A stretch of 56,728 nt of DNA, counting the filler, from Sphacelaria rigidula (Eukaryota), in NCBI GenBank assembly GCA_964200075.2. It is 4 parts of 4 records of this genome, joined end to end, with 100 filler letters (N's around TTAATTAATTAA, not from the genome) between each part and the next. Parts side by side here need not be neighbours in the genome. Positions count along the whole stretch, not along the records: positions 28,420 to 42,525 come from CAXNAA020002454.1; positions 42,626 to 56,728 come from CAXNAA020002455.1; 2 more parts are not named here. One strand, given 5' to 3'. The position numbers and the translations under genes are program-made. Shown here piece by piece: positions 40,401 to 52,073 of this stretch. The stretch's first letter is position 1; each line of letters opens with the position of its first letter. The notes under the pieces were generated by a model, which was given only the letters and a program-made list of their open reading frames with translations, had not been told where the DNA came from and searched no databases.

Positions 40401-41553
40401 ATGACAAAAGAAGAACGATTATGTGGTTTGATATCTAGATTTCGTTGTGCGGGGTGGAGAACCCTAACTCCGCGCGAATGGGATAATCGTACTGCGTAGT
40501 GTTTGTGTGGGGAGACACCCATGAGGCAGTGCATAACCCGTGGCTGTCTCTGGAAGTGGCGAGACCAGAAAATAAAGCAACTCATTGTAGGCTGTCATCC
40601 AGATGTAAGATAACCAGTAGGCTTCGGGGCGAACGATCTTAGCAGGATGCAGTTCACCCTTCATGCGATTCGCCGAGCACATCACGGCGCTTCACGCTTG
40701 GTGACTGCGAGCCAAACACGGTGCGCTCGGTCCCGGCTTTGTAGAGATGTGAAGTCGATGATCACATGATTAGGGCATGCAAGATCGTGAGCACGCTCCG
40801 CCGCATACTCGACTCTGGGCTCAGGCCACAAATCACATGCGCCAGCCGGCAAATCGATCGGCACGCCTACGAGGCGACGCCTGTTTCGCTAGTTGTGAGG
40901 GTTAGGCATGAACTCTACCAAGAACTGTTGTGTTTGACGTAGGACGAAGTTCCTCTTGTAGTGGCCAATAATCGCACAAGTCCCACGGCCGTAGAACCTT
41001 GTTGTGTATTTGTCGGACCACTGCAGAACCGGATGTAGATATCACGCATGAAATTAACACAGTGTCGCTCTTCAACCCAAGCAAGCCTGTCCAGGTGAGG
41101 TAAATAAACCCGCTGCATGTTTTACACCTATACGGAACCGCGCCCTTAACTCTCTTCTTGTTTCTCTACATCCGAGAGTGCTCTGCTACTGAGCTTGTCG
41201 CCCAAGCCATACATCGCTGTACTCCGAGTTGATGATGACATCACGCCCGTAACCTGCGTTCTGCGACAAAATTCAGATGCTCGTGGAGAACTGTTCATGG
41301 GCGTGTATGTTTATGCATGTGCGGTTGTGTAGCCGATGATGACCTAACGCCCGTAATCTGCGTTCTGTGACATCGTGCAGATGCTCGTGGAAAAGTGTTC
41401 ATGAGCGTGCGTGTTTCTTGTTTCATTTCGTCTCTTCTGTTTTTGTTGTCAAGGTTCGATGTCGCGGCCGTCAACTTCCGCGGATGCAGCGGGGAGCTAG
41501 GAAAGTTTCCGTTGGGGTATCACCTAGGCTTCACAGACGACCTTCTTCACGTG
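31441..41553 (+). CDS. YheT/ABHD1-3-like alpha/beta hydrolase (esterase), 3' part missing
   Basis: Phase-consistent exons 31441-31608 (YVAPLWARNAHLHTI), 36346-36549 (YWRERWPTPDGDFVDIDW), 39712-40001 (LVVLLHGLEGSS), 41454-41553 (FDVAAVNFRGCSGE...YHLGFTDDL). These are hallmark motifs of the YheT/ABHD family. The nucleophile exon (GxSxG) is absent before the contig end at 42525. Possible first exon near 30654-30749. Confidence 0.88.
32030..32175. repeat. Dispersed repeat fragment (probable retroelement remnant)
   Basis: TGTCAACCCCGGGACT.TCATCCTCCAATC.CCAGTC ... CACGTCGCGTTT.CA.ACGCT.GGTAC shared with 35750-35940. Confidence 0.6.
32519..32876 (-). mobile_element. tRNA-derived SINE
   Basis: Minus-strand head GCCGGTCGCCCCGGTGGCTCAGTTGG (A box) ... 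GGGTTCAAATCTC (B box), followed by a body also present at 4670-4920. Confidence 0.75.
33200..33335 (-). repeat. Copy of (AATC)n-tailed repeat
   Basis: Reverse complement of about 2605-2735. Confidence 0.6.
33338..33809. mobile_element. Older foldback element (imperfect palindrome) in ABHD intron
   Basis: 33338-33550 is the diverged reverse complement of 33597-33809 (e.g. CCAGCTCATCGAAGGCCAGATCGACTGGGA / CCCAGTCGATCTGGCCTTTGATGAGCTGG); TA at both ends. A third single arm lies at about 35345-35530. Confidence 0.8.
35345..35530. repeat. Solo arm of the 33.3-33.8 kb foldback family
   Basis: AAACGAGCCTT...CCCAGTCGATCTGGCCTT..TGAGCTGG...GATCCTCCGGG shared with 33608-33785. Confidence 0.75.
36842..37152 (+). 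pseudogene. Frameshifted Cys/His-rich C-terminus resembling a piggyBac transposase CRD
   Basis: ...GDVCIGKR... / TRFCHDC...ILCTESKCLFNH followed by a stop; intronic to the ABHD gene. Confidence 0.35.
38964..39110 (+). repeat. Second copy of the 5998-6144 repeat
   Basis: Direct match by eye. Confidence 0.75.
41231..41416 (+). repeat. Local tandem duplication (~104-bp period)
   Basis: GATGATGAC...ACGCCCGTAA.CTGCGTTCTG.GACA...CAGATGCTCGTGGA.AA.TGTTCATG.GCGTG at 41231 and 41335. Confidence 0.85.
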
Positions 41554-42525
41554 GTGAGTCGTACTATCAATACCTGGATTTGTTTTTCTCCAGAACAACG
41601 ACATACAGGAGTAATTCTCCATATAGCGAAGACGTAAAGTGGTCGGAATTTGTCCTATGCATAAGCTCTGTTAGCAAAAATATGGAGTGTTGCATAGTAA
41701 ACCCTCGCAAGGGCCTCGTGTTCTGCACCGAGAACGCGGGATGCCCATGCGGTATCACCAGGCATCACAATATCATCATTCATGTCCGGTCAATTTTGGT
41801 CCTAATTGTATAGGAATTTGAAAGATGAGTTTTCATTTGATATATCAGTGACATATCGATATATCAAAGTTATTAATTGTCATATCAGGCCGATTTTGAA
41901 GCCTGATGAACATCCCTACCGAGAATGGTACAGGAAGATTGCGGCCGCATGGATTCAGATCTGGTCTCTCTTACGAGTAGCACTTATACTCCGCAGTGAG
42001 TGTCTGCAGTGTTGAACGTTGGCTTCATGTATGAGGCACACGATGCTCCAGATCCAGGTTGGACTCCGTGTGTACAAGTCATCTGTATCAAGCGCGAAAA
42101 AAATCAGGGAAAAAAGGGGAAGGAGGGAGAAAAAGAAAAAGAAAAATGAAGAATAAAGAAAGCGAACATCAGAGAAGACAAGAGAAGAAGCGCTCGACCA
42201 TTATCATCTCGTACCGCGTGAACTAGTGTGAAGATGTACATGATGAAGCGGCCGTCAGGGCGATATTCAGAAGGTAACTTGTGACACTCCCCGAGCCAGG
42301 TGTTGACTCTTCGCTAGAGCTCGGAAATGGTTTGTCTCACCATTAACCAGTTGAGCGGTTACGCGCAGCGCACTCATTGACGAGTTGAATGGTACATAAT
42401 GGTTTGGTCATCGAACGGCGCAGCCGCGAGCCAAAAAGCCCCCCCCCCCCCCCCCCCGCCGCGGGGCGGGCCGCGGGGGGGGGGGCCGGGGGGGGGCAGA
42501 TCTCTGGCACCTGGGGGCTTCAGTG

Positions 42526-42625
42526 NNNNNNNNNNNNNNNNNNNNNNNNNNNNNNNNNNNNNNNNNNNNTTAATTAATTAANNNNNNNNNNNNNNNNNNN
42601 NNNNNNNNNNNNNNNNNNNNNNNNN
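42526..42625. other. Artificial contig linker
   Basis: N44-TTAATTAATTAA-N44. Confidence 0.97.
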
Positions 42626-43739
42626 ATGATAGCCTACAATGAGTTGCTTTATTTTCTGGTATCGCCACTTCCAGAGACAGCCACGGCTTTTACACTTCCT
42701 CATGAGTTGTACGTACGGATCCATCACACAGCCCAATTTTCAATTAGTGTGGCCACTGAGCTAGCTCGTCTCCCCTCCATGATAGCGTAAACATTTTGGC
42801 ACATGTAAGCACCACTGCCTCCATCGAGGTTTTGTTCATTATGAGTGAGCCGTATCCTTCGCAGCGTGATTTATTAATCCGTCCTCACTTGTCTACGACT
42901 CGAACACGGTTCGGGGGAAGCACACGTGTACAGAACACGTGGGTACAGCTCCACTGCAGCTACTGTTGTGGGCTGTGGAAAACTAACGACGGAAAATAAA
43001 GCCCAGAGAACGAAAGGTTGCCTATTTTAATCTAACTATTATTGTATAATGACCCGTAACTTTGAACTCAGTGCCGCCACATGGCTTTGGTGGGAAAGGT
43101 CTTGCGCAGAAACCACACTCATATATATCCAATCGTCAAAAACAAAAACCCACAGAACCGAATCGCGACTCATCGATTTCGACGTCACCATTTTAGGTAT
43201 GAATCTCTCATCCATGATGAACTACGGAAGCAAGGTACCAAACTGCTACTCGCATACACTGGGAGGGAAGCGCGCACACACACATACACGCACACAAACA
43301 CACACACCTCCTACACTGAGTCATAGGTGTCTCACCATTTAAACACCTCATAGTATGGCCGTCCCCATTATGCGGAGTTGACATCTGACGCGATAGAAAC
43401 ATAGTTGGTATTACGGCGACCCCCACGAGAAAGGGGACAGTGTGATATGGCCATATTTTCCCTTGCATCCTATGTCGTGGCGCTGATAGTGATAATGTTT
43501 CTCGGCCACTCAGGGGCCTTCAAATTTCTTTGAAAAAAAACGAAGTCCCGACTCAATTTGTACCCAATCTTATCGCGAATCAAACCTTTTTAACCGCCAT
43601 TAGCCAGGGGAACTAATGGGGGGAAAGATGTAGAAACGATTCGTAGGGGTCGAGTTATACCCCAAAATGTGGTATTTCGGAGATGTGGGGTTTTGGCGTC
43701 GTCGGATTTCCACTGACTTTGTATGCATCGAAGACTCAG

Positions 43740-44305
43740 AAAGCCTCTTGACGCTTTCCCTTTCAGCTTTCGTGTGAGAGCTCCACACGCGGCCATTTGG
43801 CTACCCCCAAGAATGCCTCCATAGGGATGCGCGCGGCCCTCCAGAGGCAAAACAAGCCTCCGGAGGTCTTCAATCCCTCTAGAGCAAACCAAACACTACT
43901 GACCTGGAGAACCGCGCACCCGTCCGGAGGAATTTGAGGGTAGGGGAATGCCTTTGGAGAGATGCGCGGCCCTCCAGAGGCAAAAACAAGCCTCCGGAGG
44001 CGTTTAACCTCTGAGGGGAAAACCAAAAAAAATCCTCTGAAGGGCCGCGCACCCCTCCGGGGGCGTTTAATTCCTTTGGAGGCTCGAAAAGTTGACCGAC
44101 CTGGAGGAGTTTGGGGGGTAGCCAAACGGCCGCGTATGTCCGATTGTCCTCGAAATCGACAGTGGTAGATATGGGTACTGCGAATAAAGAAAAAAGAAGC
44201 GTCGGAGAGGATGTCGACGCAAAAAAGCGTCGGAGAGGGTGTCGAAGCTAATCCACTCTCTACCGGCTTCGAGGGGTCCCAGCGTGAAAACCCCCCAGAA
44301 GCCGG
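43740..44305. repeat. Repeat rich in palindromic CCTCC(A/G)GAGG motifs
   Basis: GATGCGCG(C)GGCCCTCCAGAGGCAAAA(A)CAAGCCTCCGGAGG occurs twice (about 43826 and 43961), plus several variants. Confidence 0.55.
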
Positions 44306-45632
44306 TATAGATTGCTTTAAAATAGAACAATCCAAAAGTTCAAATTTGACTCGCCCCGAGGTAATCGAAGGAACGTTTGCGCGAATTCTCGTTGCGTAAC
44401 TACAAAAAAGCTGATCCCAAACGGGCGATTTGAGCTCAAGCCCATAAGAACAACACCGGTAGCATACTATTATACCATAATCAAGTGATTATATGAGGAT
44501 TCCGCGTACACATTTGTATACTTTACGCGCATACCGGCGAATACTCACGCCATTTTTTTGAGTTATACGGTGAAATTTTGCACACGGGTGCCCTAGAATA
44601 TGTAGTGAGGCTGTATGAAGGGGTTCTTTTTCTTGTTCGCCAGATATATCCGGGGTCCCAGGAGGCGGTTTGACCCGCGTGCAAGACGTTTGAAGGTATA
44701 ACCCAAAAAACTGGAGTGGATAAGCGCTGGGAAGTACAATTCCGATCGTCCACCACGAACCACCCTATATTAAGTTTCTCAAGGTTTATCCTAAAAGAAA
44801 ACATCTTCAATTTGTAGAATTCCGTGTTTCGACTTCAGCCGTTCACGTGGAGCTCCAAGAAGATGAACATGCACGTGTGTCGAAGTTCCTGACGCTTGGT
44901 GTCGAGAAAAAAACGCATTCAACTCGCTGCGCGTAATATATATTCGCTGGTCAAAACCCCTCAAATTACTGAGCCGCCTAGGCTCCGAGAGCACGAGTGT
45001 CCAAGTGGCAGTCTTGTGTCTTGTTTCGACAACGTTTTGCGGCCCTGACAAGTAGAACACTCTCCAAAAGCCCTTGTTAACCCGATCGAGCCATATCTGG
45101 AGCTCCAGGTGCGCGCGTCGTGTTGTATCGGCGTACTATTGTACAGTACACATGCGATAAACGGTAATATTATACGGAGTAGTACAACAACAGCGTGCAG
45201 TGAGCGACTAGTGGTTGACTCGGTTTCAAGGAAAGACAAAACTGTTCGCGTTGTTCGAGAAATGTTCGTCAACCAAGTGTTCTCAACACACGAGCTTTCT
45301 AGAGATCAGTATGCCATGCATGGCATCAGGCATGCGTGCTATGTTTTGGGATGCCGGCGCATATTTGCTCCTCATGTTCTGGGCGGAAACGGAGTAGAGA
45401 GCTGATGATGAAACAATATAATATGCACGACTTATTACGGTTTCTGCTTGATCCGAAAATATGTGGATAGAGAAACATAAGTACCCGATACAAGTTTCGA
45501 GAGAAAAAGTATCATCTGCGAGCAATTTCGAACGCGATGCGAGCTCACCGGTCTTTTGGGGGTACTACGAGCACCCTCGGTTCCTGCTCTTTGATGTTGT
45601 CGCTCGACCGAACCGATCCGGATCGCTATAAT

Positions 45633-45948
45633 GAACACTACCTTTACGTATCCACTCGACCTACCCTAAAATTGAGTAGAGTGTTTTGAGACCGTACTCA
45701 ATCTACTCAAATCTTGAGGGTAGTTTTTGAGGTGATACACAATCTACCCAAAATATGGGTAGAGTATTGATGTCATACCCAAATGATACTCTATACTCAA
45801 GTGCTCCTGAGAGTACTTACCCGAAATTTGAGTAGAGTATGTGAGGCCGTACTCAATCTACTCGAAAATTGAGTTGAGTAAATACTTGGGTATTTTACCC
45901 GAGTTTACCGAAGTACATACTCTACTCGACCTGCCCTTGGTAGTGTTC
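45633..45948. mobile_element. Non-autonomous TIR element with TACTC/GAGTA internal repeats (CACTA-like ends)
   Basis: GAACACTACC ... GGTAGTGTTC termini; many TCTACTCAAAA / TTGAGTAGAGT motifs in both orientations. Confidence 0.5.
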
Positions 45949-46552
45949 TTGCCTCCGGCGGCGTCTCCGGCGGGGCCCCCTCACCAGCCGGGAGGGGTGT
46001 TTACGTGACTCCGCCGCGTTGCCTTGCCAGGCAACGTTGGCGGAGTCGCGGGGCGGCTTCGCCGCCAGTTATCCAGGTTTAACTGATAACTGTAACTGGT
46101 TCTAACTTTTTGCGACCAGTTAACTGGTCAGCTAAACCAGTTCACAACTTAGAAAAACCCCCTTCGATAAGAAGGGCCCTAACGCTGTTTCCTGATGTCC
46201 GAACAATCGTGTCCGCCCCGAAAAAATTGCACCTTCGTAAAGCGGGAAAAACTGGAAGAATTGTGGACGGGTCGTACCATCTATCTGTGCGCTGCAATAA
46301 GTCTTTGATCGCTCAGTCTCTGCGCATTTTTTGCAGGCACTATAATAATCAGTCTGTCGACACACATTAATATCAAAACTGTGGATATGATTCGTCGTCA
46401 TGTGTTTCGCAACCGTGATCTTGTGTCGTAGTGTTCATGACTCTTGTGTCTATCCTCGTAAGATCCGGTGCCGCCGGCGAACAATCGGACTGCTTGGGGC
46501 AAAGCCCATTTTTCCCAATCGACACGCAGAGCCAACACGCGGGCAAAAGAAC

Positions 46553-47032
46553 TGTGGCGAAATCACGCCGTCACGTTGAGTATATTGTGATGATATGGAT
46601 GATGACTTGGGATCTGTAGTGATGATATGGATGATGACATGGACACAGGGGTGATACCCTGATGTGGTTTATGGAGCCCATGTGCCTGTGTGGCACTCCA
46701 GGATAATAAATGGTGTTGTGAAAGCTCACAACTGAAACCCGAGGTCAGTGGAACTGGGGAGTCCCTCACCAGCATTACAGTAGACGCTGCAGTACTAGCA
46801 ACCTGCTGGGGTAGCAATATCGATATTAGTGCTAGTCGTGCTAGTAGCGCTATCGTTAGTGACTGCTGGATGTTTTTCGGTAGAGAGGAGTCTGGGCAGC
46901 TTCGGACATATTGCTTCACGGACGCGTGAGGAGGGTTCAAGCTGAGGTAGTTGCAAAGGCGGCTGGCCCGTGATTGATCCAGACTGGCGACTTGCTGGGG
47001 CTGCGTGCAGCAGGAGTTTATAGGACGCCACG
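46553..47032 (+). repeat. 5' LTR of Gypsy element
   Basis: 46553-46809 matches the 3' LTR. The end CGCCACG (47026-47032) matches the 3' LTR end CGTCACA and precedes the PBS-like motif. Confidence 0.75.
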
Positions 47033-47114
47033 GCTGTGTGGCGCGGCGGCGAAGGCAGGTGTGCACTGTGGTGTTCGAGAAGGTTCAGAAGTCTTCGAGT
47101 AGGTCCGCTCGGAA

Positions 47115-47993
47115 ATGTCGACTACAGAGGTACTTACCGAAGAGCCAGCGGAGACGACCGTAACCCCAGTTGTTCTGAGAGAAGAGTTACGGTCTCCCAG
47201 TTACGGGAATGTGTGTTCTGAGTGTGCTTCTCGTTCGTCTTATACGAAACATGTGGAATACAAGAAGCGGGTGGAGCATGCAAATGCGAGGGGTGCGGTA
47301 AAGTATCAGGTGGTTTCCATGGCGCAACTCGTGCCTACCCCCCTCCAACGCGTTTTTGGGATAAGATTCCACGAGAAAAACACAATAATGCCGCTGCAAT
47401 TGGCTGCAGCGATCAAGAAGCATGAAGGTCATACGGCGGGCGCTGAGGTAAAGCTAACCCAGGCGTCCGCGACCGTGGCGAAGGCTGTCGCCATGAACCA
47501 CAAGGAGAAGACGATGCGTGAGAGGGTGGAGCCAATCATGGGAAAGTTGGAGACATCTTTTTCGGAAAATCCCAACATCGAGATGATTTATCGTTCCTTC
47601 GATGGGAAATTCCGTCCAGGGCCCGCTGCGGTGATCACGAAAGCGATGGTGGACGGTCTGGCACCGGCGGAATTCAAACAGGCCGTGCTTGTGAAATTAC
47701 AGCACGAAACCAAGTGGAAGTCAGACCCGTACTCAGTGATGGATACCGTAGTGGCTGAGGCTCAGGCATGGCGGAAGATTGAAGTATTCGGAAAATTATC
47801 CACTTCGTCGCCGCAGTCTTCGAGCTCGCGTAACCGTGGATCAAAAATCCGCAGGCAGTGCCGCCGCCAACATCACTTGCTTCCAGCGTGGCCAGGTAGG
47901 CCACTACGCACGCAAGTGCCCACCGCCTTCCGAGGGGGAGTGTGGGCAGACGAGTGCCGCGCGCCCTCGCAATCACAAAGGAGGGAAAGGTAA
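47115..47993 (+). pseudogene. Gypsy gag-like ORF (frameshifted before zinc knuckle)
   Basis: 292-aa ORF directly after the PBS. The CCHC-like knuckle lies in another frame (ORF 47779-48060). Confidence 0.7.
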
Positions 47994-48449
47994 TTGGGGT
48001 GGTGGCGGAGGCGGATCCTCCAGCTGCAGAGGTGTGAAGTCGAGTTCCCAACAGCAGTAGCAGCAGGGGCAGCGGCGTCAGCAGGGGTCCGGTCCTGGGT
48101 CCGGCTCAGCCGCAGGGGCTGCTGCTCCGCAACGGGCGGTGCAAGTGGGACCGACCACTCTAGTGTCGGGCTCGGTGCCGGCGCCGCCGGCAGCAGAGCA
48201 AGGCGAGACGCCTGCTGCTGAGCCGGCCGGATTTCAGCTGAAATTTGGATCCGCTGCTGCGTCGGCCGGAGTACCTCTGCAATTTGGTTCTGCGGGCGGG
48301 GTTTCGTACCCGCCGGCGGTGCTGGTCACTCCAGCGGGGGCGTCTATGCTTGCGCCGCACGCGCAGCTGTGGCGCCAAGTGGGGATCACGACCAATCAGT
48401 CGGCGGAGCAGGTGCCGGTCGAGCATCAAGAAAATTAAATTATGTTCCT

Positions 48450-50498
48450 GCAGAGTTATATCTCCCAAATCAACGAGCGCGGGGAGCCATATCGGTCAAC
48501 GCTGTGTTGGGTTCAGGCGCCCATTTCACGAGCGTGTCGGTGCTGATTGTGGAGATGCTGGAGCGTCTACTCCCTGGTGAGCAAATCCGCATTTCGTTTT
48601 CGCTCGGGGCGCGGCAGGCCATCACCGCATCGGAGCAACGTATAAATATGACGGAGCGTACGATTCCCCTACAGTTGGTGTTCAGGACTACCTGGGGGCC
48701 AGCAAAATTACCCCCGATATCGTTTGCGATCATGCCGGGGACGGATGATGTCGTTCTGTTGGGCTTACCGACGCTTCAGAAACTCGGAGTCGATCCGTAT
48801 GATCGGCTCTTAGTCCCTAAAAGCGCAAATGCCGTCGCCCGGTTCCAGTGTCGAGACGCCTGCTTTTTTGGCCAGTCGTAGAGTGAGCTTGTGGGTTGAC
48901 GCTCTCCGGGAGGCGGAGGGGCAGGTGTCCGAGGAGCGTGATGAGGCGGTGGAACGCTTGGTGAAGCGTGGCCCCGATATGCTTATGGATCCGGCGGAAG
49001 AGGAGTCCGCTCGGAAGGTCGCGCTGGAGGAGAGCGTGACGGATGCTGGGGCGACAGGCCTCAGCATCTCAAAAGCGGAGCGCCTGCGCGGTATATTGAA
49101 TTACCGTGTCAACGCGTTTCGTCGTGCGCTGCGGGGTGATCCCCCTGCGCGAGTGGAGCCCATGCGTGTTCAGCCAAAACCAGGGGCGTCCGCGGTGAAG
49201 ACGAAGCCGCGGCGGTACGATCCAGTGAAGTCGAGTTGGTTGCCGTTGTGCATGGAGTTTGTTTTGGCGCTCGGGTTGGTAGTACGGAATTTGCAGGCAG
49301 GGTGGTCCAGTCCAGATATGGTGTTTCCGAAGAAGGCTGCATCGTGGACGGAGGGCAGGCTGCAGGCGTGGGCGGTAGCGAAGGATCTGGTGGCTCATGC
49401 CGTGACGCTACTCCATCCTCGTCCTGATTGTCAGGTGTCAATGTTTCCGGATACATTTGAGTGCCATTGGGGTAGTTTGGTAATGCAGGTGCCTACAGTT
49501 TGAATTGAAATGCCTGTGCGCGCTGTGGCTGTGTATGGTCCGTGTGAACCTGATGACTCGATGCCGTCCAAATCTGCTGTCCCCCAAGCGCAACGAAAAG
49601 ACCTTGGGGCCGAAGATGCGGATGTGCAATCTTTTCGAGTCGGACGTTGGTACTGCTATCTTGGACAATGAAGGTCTGTTTCGTGTGCATGGGCGTGGCC
49701 GAAACATTTTGTGGATTCCGAGTTCTGACAAGCAGTTGCAGGTACGTCAGATTATTTGCGCGCACATGCGCGACGCCGGGCATCGTGGTGTGGCTGTGAC
49801 GCTCGTGCACTTGCAAGAGTTTTGTGGCTGGCAGGGAAAGAAACTTATGTGCACGACTTTGTCCGCCAGTGTCTTCACTGTGCTGATTCGACGGCGGGCG
49901 ATGTTGTTCCCCACCTGCTCGGTGAAACGGTCCATGGGACCACGCCGAATGAAGTCGTTCATTTTGACTTCTTGTACGTGGGCGACAGTGGCTCGCTAGC
50001 TTCCCAAGGTTTGTCGGAGGATGCTGGGTTCCGATACATTTTGGTAATCATGGATGATTTGAGCAATTTGTGGCTCTAGAACCAGTAGCAGTGTGTACTG
50101 CTGAATCGACTGCTGCATCTTTGCTGAATTGGTGCAAAACTTTGGGGGTGCCCCGTGTGGGGGAGAGTGATACCGCCACGCATTTCAAGAATGCGATCTT
50201 GGCCCGATTGCGAGAGGCTTTGCGCGTTGATCACCAGTTTGCGGTAGCGTATTCTCCATGGTCTAGCGGTACGTGCGAACGCATGGTCAAGGAAGTAGTT
50301 CGTGCTCTTCGTTGTATTCTTCTCGAGCAGCGTAGGACGGTTTCCGAGTGGGTGGACGTGTTGCCGGCGGTGCAATGGGCGCTTAATACAGCGTATCGTC
50401 GTCGTTACGGTAGTACGCCGTACCACGTGATGTTTGGTCGTGCCCCTCGGACATCTTTCTCGGTGCCGGCGTCTTCGTCGGCGAAGAAATGGATGTGA
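48450..50498 (+). pseudogene. Gypsy pol remnants (protease, truncated RT/RNase H, integrase)
   Basis: Fragmented ORFs 48369-48881, 48829-49503, 49505-49999, 49756-50079 and 50070-50498 carry the motifs listed above. No YxDD motif. Confidence 0.85.
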
Positions 50499-50612
50499 GA
50501 TGTTCTGGATGATGTTCAAATTACGAGTGCATTGCAAGGAGTTTTGGATGGCTGGGATTGTTCGCGTGTCAAGCTTGTTGCTCGTTTCTAGTCCAACGCG
50601 CTTTGGGGGTGC

Positions 50613-50872
50613 TGTGGCGAAATCACGCCGTCACGTTGAGTATATAGTGATGATATGAATGATGACTTGGGATCTGTAGTGATGATATGGATGATGACAT
50701 GGGACACAGGGGTGATACCCTGATGTGGTTTATGGAGCCTATGTGACCGTGTGGCACTCCAGCATAATAAAATATGTTGTGAAGGCTAACAACTGAAACC
50801 TGAGGCCAGTGGAACTGGGAATTCCCTCAACAGCATTAGACGCTGCAGTACTAGCAACCTGCTGGCGTCACA
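50613..50872 (+). repeat. 3' LTR of Gypsy element (internally deleted relative to 5' LTR)
   Basis: TG...CA boundaries; direct repeat of the 5' LTR lacking about 220 bp. Confidence 0.85.
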
Positions 50873-51815
50873 GAGCCAAACTCCTGAAACAAAAAAATCG
50901 CCAACTATATATAGCATTAAGAATCACGTGGTTATGTCCTTACATTATACAGCTAGTACATCGGAGCCAAAGACCGCCAAGCTGAGCAATAGGAAGCACA
51001 CAGTCCTGTCCTTATACTGTACCTCTAGCGCTGTATTTGGCCGGAGCCGACGAGTGTAATCGGTCGGGGTCATTTGGACTCCATCATTTCTACACACATG
51101 TCTACACACGCCTGAGGGAAATAACAAAAACCACGGTACCCACGCTACCTGCAAACTCAATTTTAGGACCAAAGGCACGGTATCCAACATTTGTATACCA
51201 ACAATATAGTCATGCAGCAGGAGACGTTTTTCATCGAGAAGCGCTGTGATACGGCAGTTTTTACCGAGTGCCACAGAGAAGACACCACTACCTACACACA
51301 TTTCAGCTCGCGCAAGGCAGAGACAATCAATGTAATTACAGCCAAAAAAACAAAAAACGCAACCCCGTCCAGGCTTGTTACCGGAGCGAGAAAAGACTTC
51401 AGCGGTGAAACATTATTGGGACATGAAGCCAACGGAGAAAACGTCATCCGACCCGAAGAACTTTACTAGAATGGTGCTCGGTTTTAGAAGTGGGGGCACA
51501 TCTACGTTGAAGATATCGGGTAGAGGACTCCATCTCAGCTTCGAAGGGGTATTTGTTACTCCTTCACACCATCTATTCGGTTTTGCGTGCCGAAATATGC
51601 TCCACGACGTACGCACAGATGGACGCCATCAACATCAGCAGCATCGTCGCCCAAGCACCGAAGATGGCGCAGCCGGAGTCACCCTGTGTTTCCGTCGTTA
51701 TGTACTCCATCACCTGTCGAGCACGATCAATGAAATGCACCAGCGAGGAAATTCTTAATGCTGTTTGCTCGTCTGAACCGCAGTTTCAAGAAAAAGAACA
51801 GTAGTGCAAGGTACT

Positions 51816-52073
51816 TAGTGATGCTAGGGTAACAGTGCACAAATATTTTCTGAGGTTAGAATTGTACGAGCCCTTTATCTCATCCAAAACACCACTTACG
51901 AAGTATGTGAGAAAACGCCAGGTTTGCTTTCCCAATATGCTGGGAATATGCCGAATGAATTTGCAAACGGGGATGCCCTGGTTCATATTCTTCCTGTGCA
52001 TCTAGAATCGTGAGGAGCCCCTGAACCAGACACGATTTTGAGCAAAAAGTGCACCCCTTCCGTAGCATTGCTC
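51816..52073 (+). mobile_element. MITE family A copy
   Basis: Same body as 11482-11741; ends CCGTAGCATTGCTC; flanked by TACT/TACT. Confidence 0.8.

Larger units (their letters stand above)
46553..50872 (+). mobile_element. Degenerate Ty3/Gypsy LTR retrotransposon
   Basis: LTRs starting TGTGGCGAAATC at 46553 and 50613; the 3' LTR ends in CA at 50872; PBS-like TGGCGCGGCGG at 47039; PPT-like GGGGG before the 3' LTR. Domain order: gag (47115-47993), degenerate CCHC (CFQRGQVGHYARKCP), protease (VLGSGA), RT N-terminus/RNase H, integrase (HMRDAGH...CLHC, HFDF, SDTATHF, GTCERMVKEV). Frameshifts and stops throughout. Possible 4-bp TSD GAAC/GAGC. Confidence 0.92.

Noticed and set aside
42439..42500. 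Poly-C/poly-G hairpin or G-quadruplex
   Set aside because: Homopolymer-rich sequence at a contig end, likely low quality.
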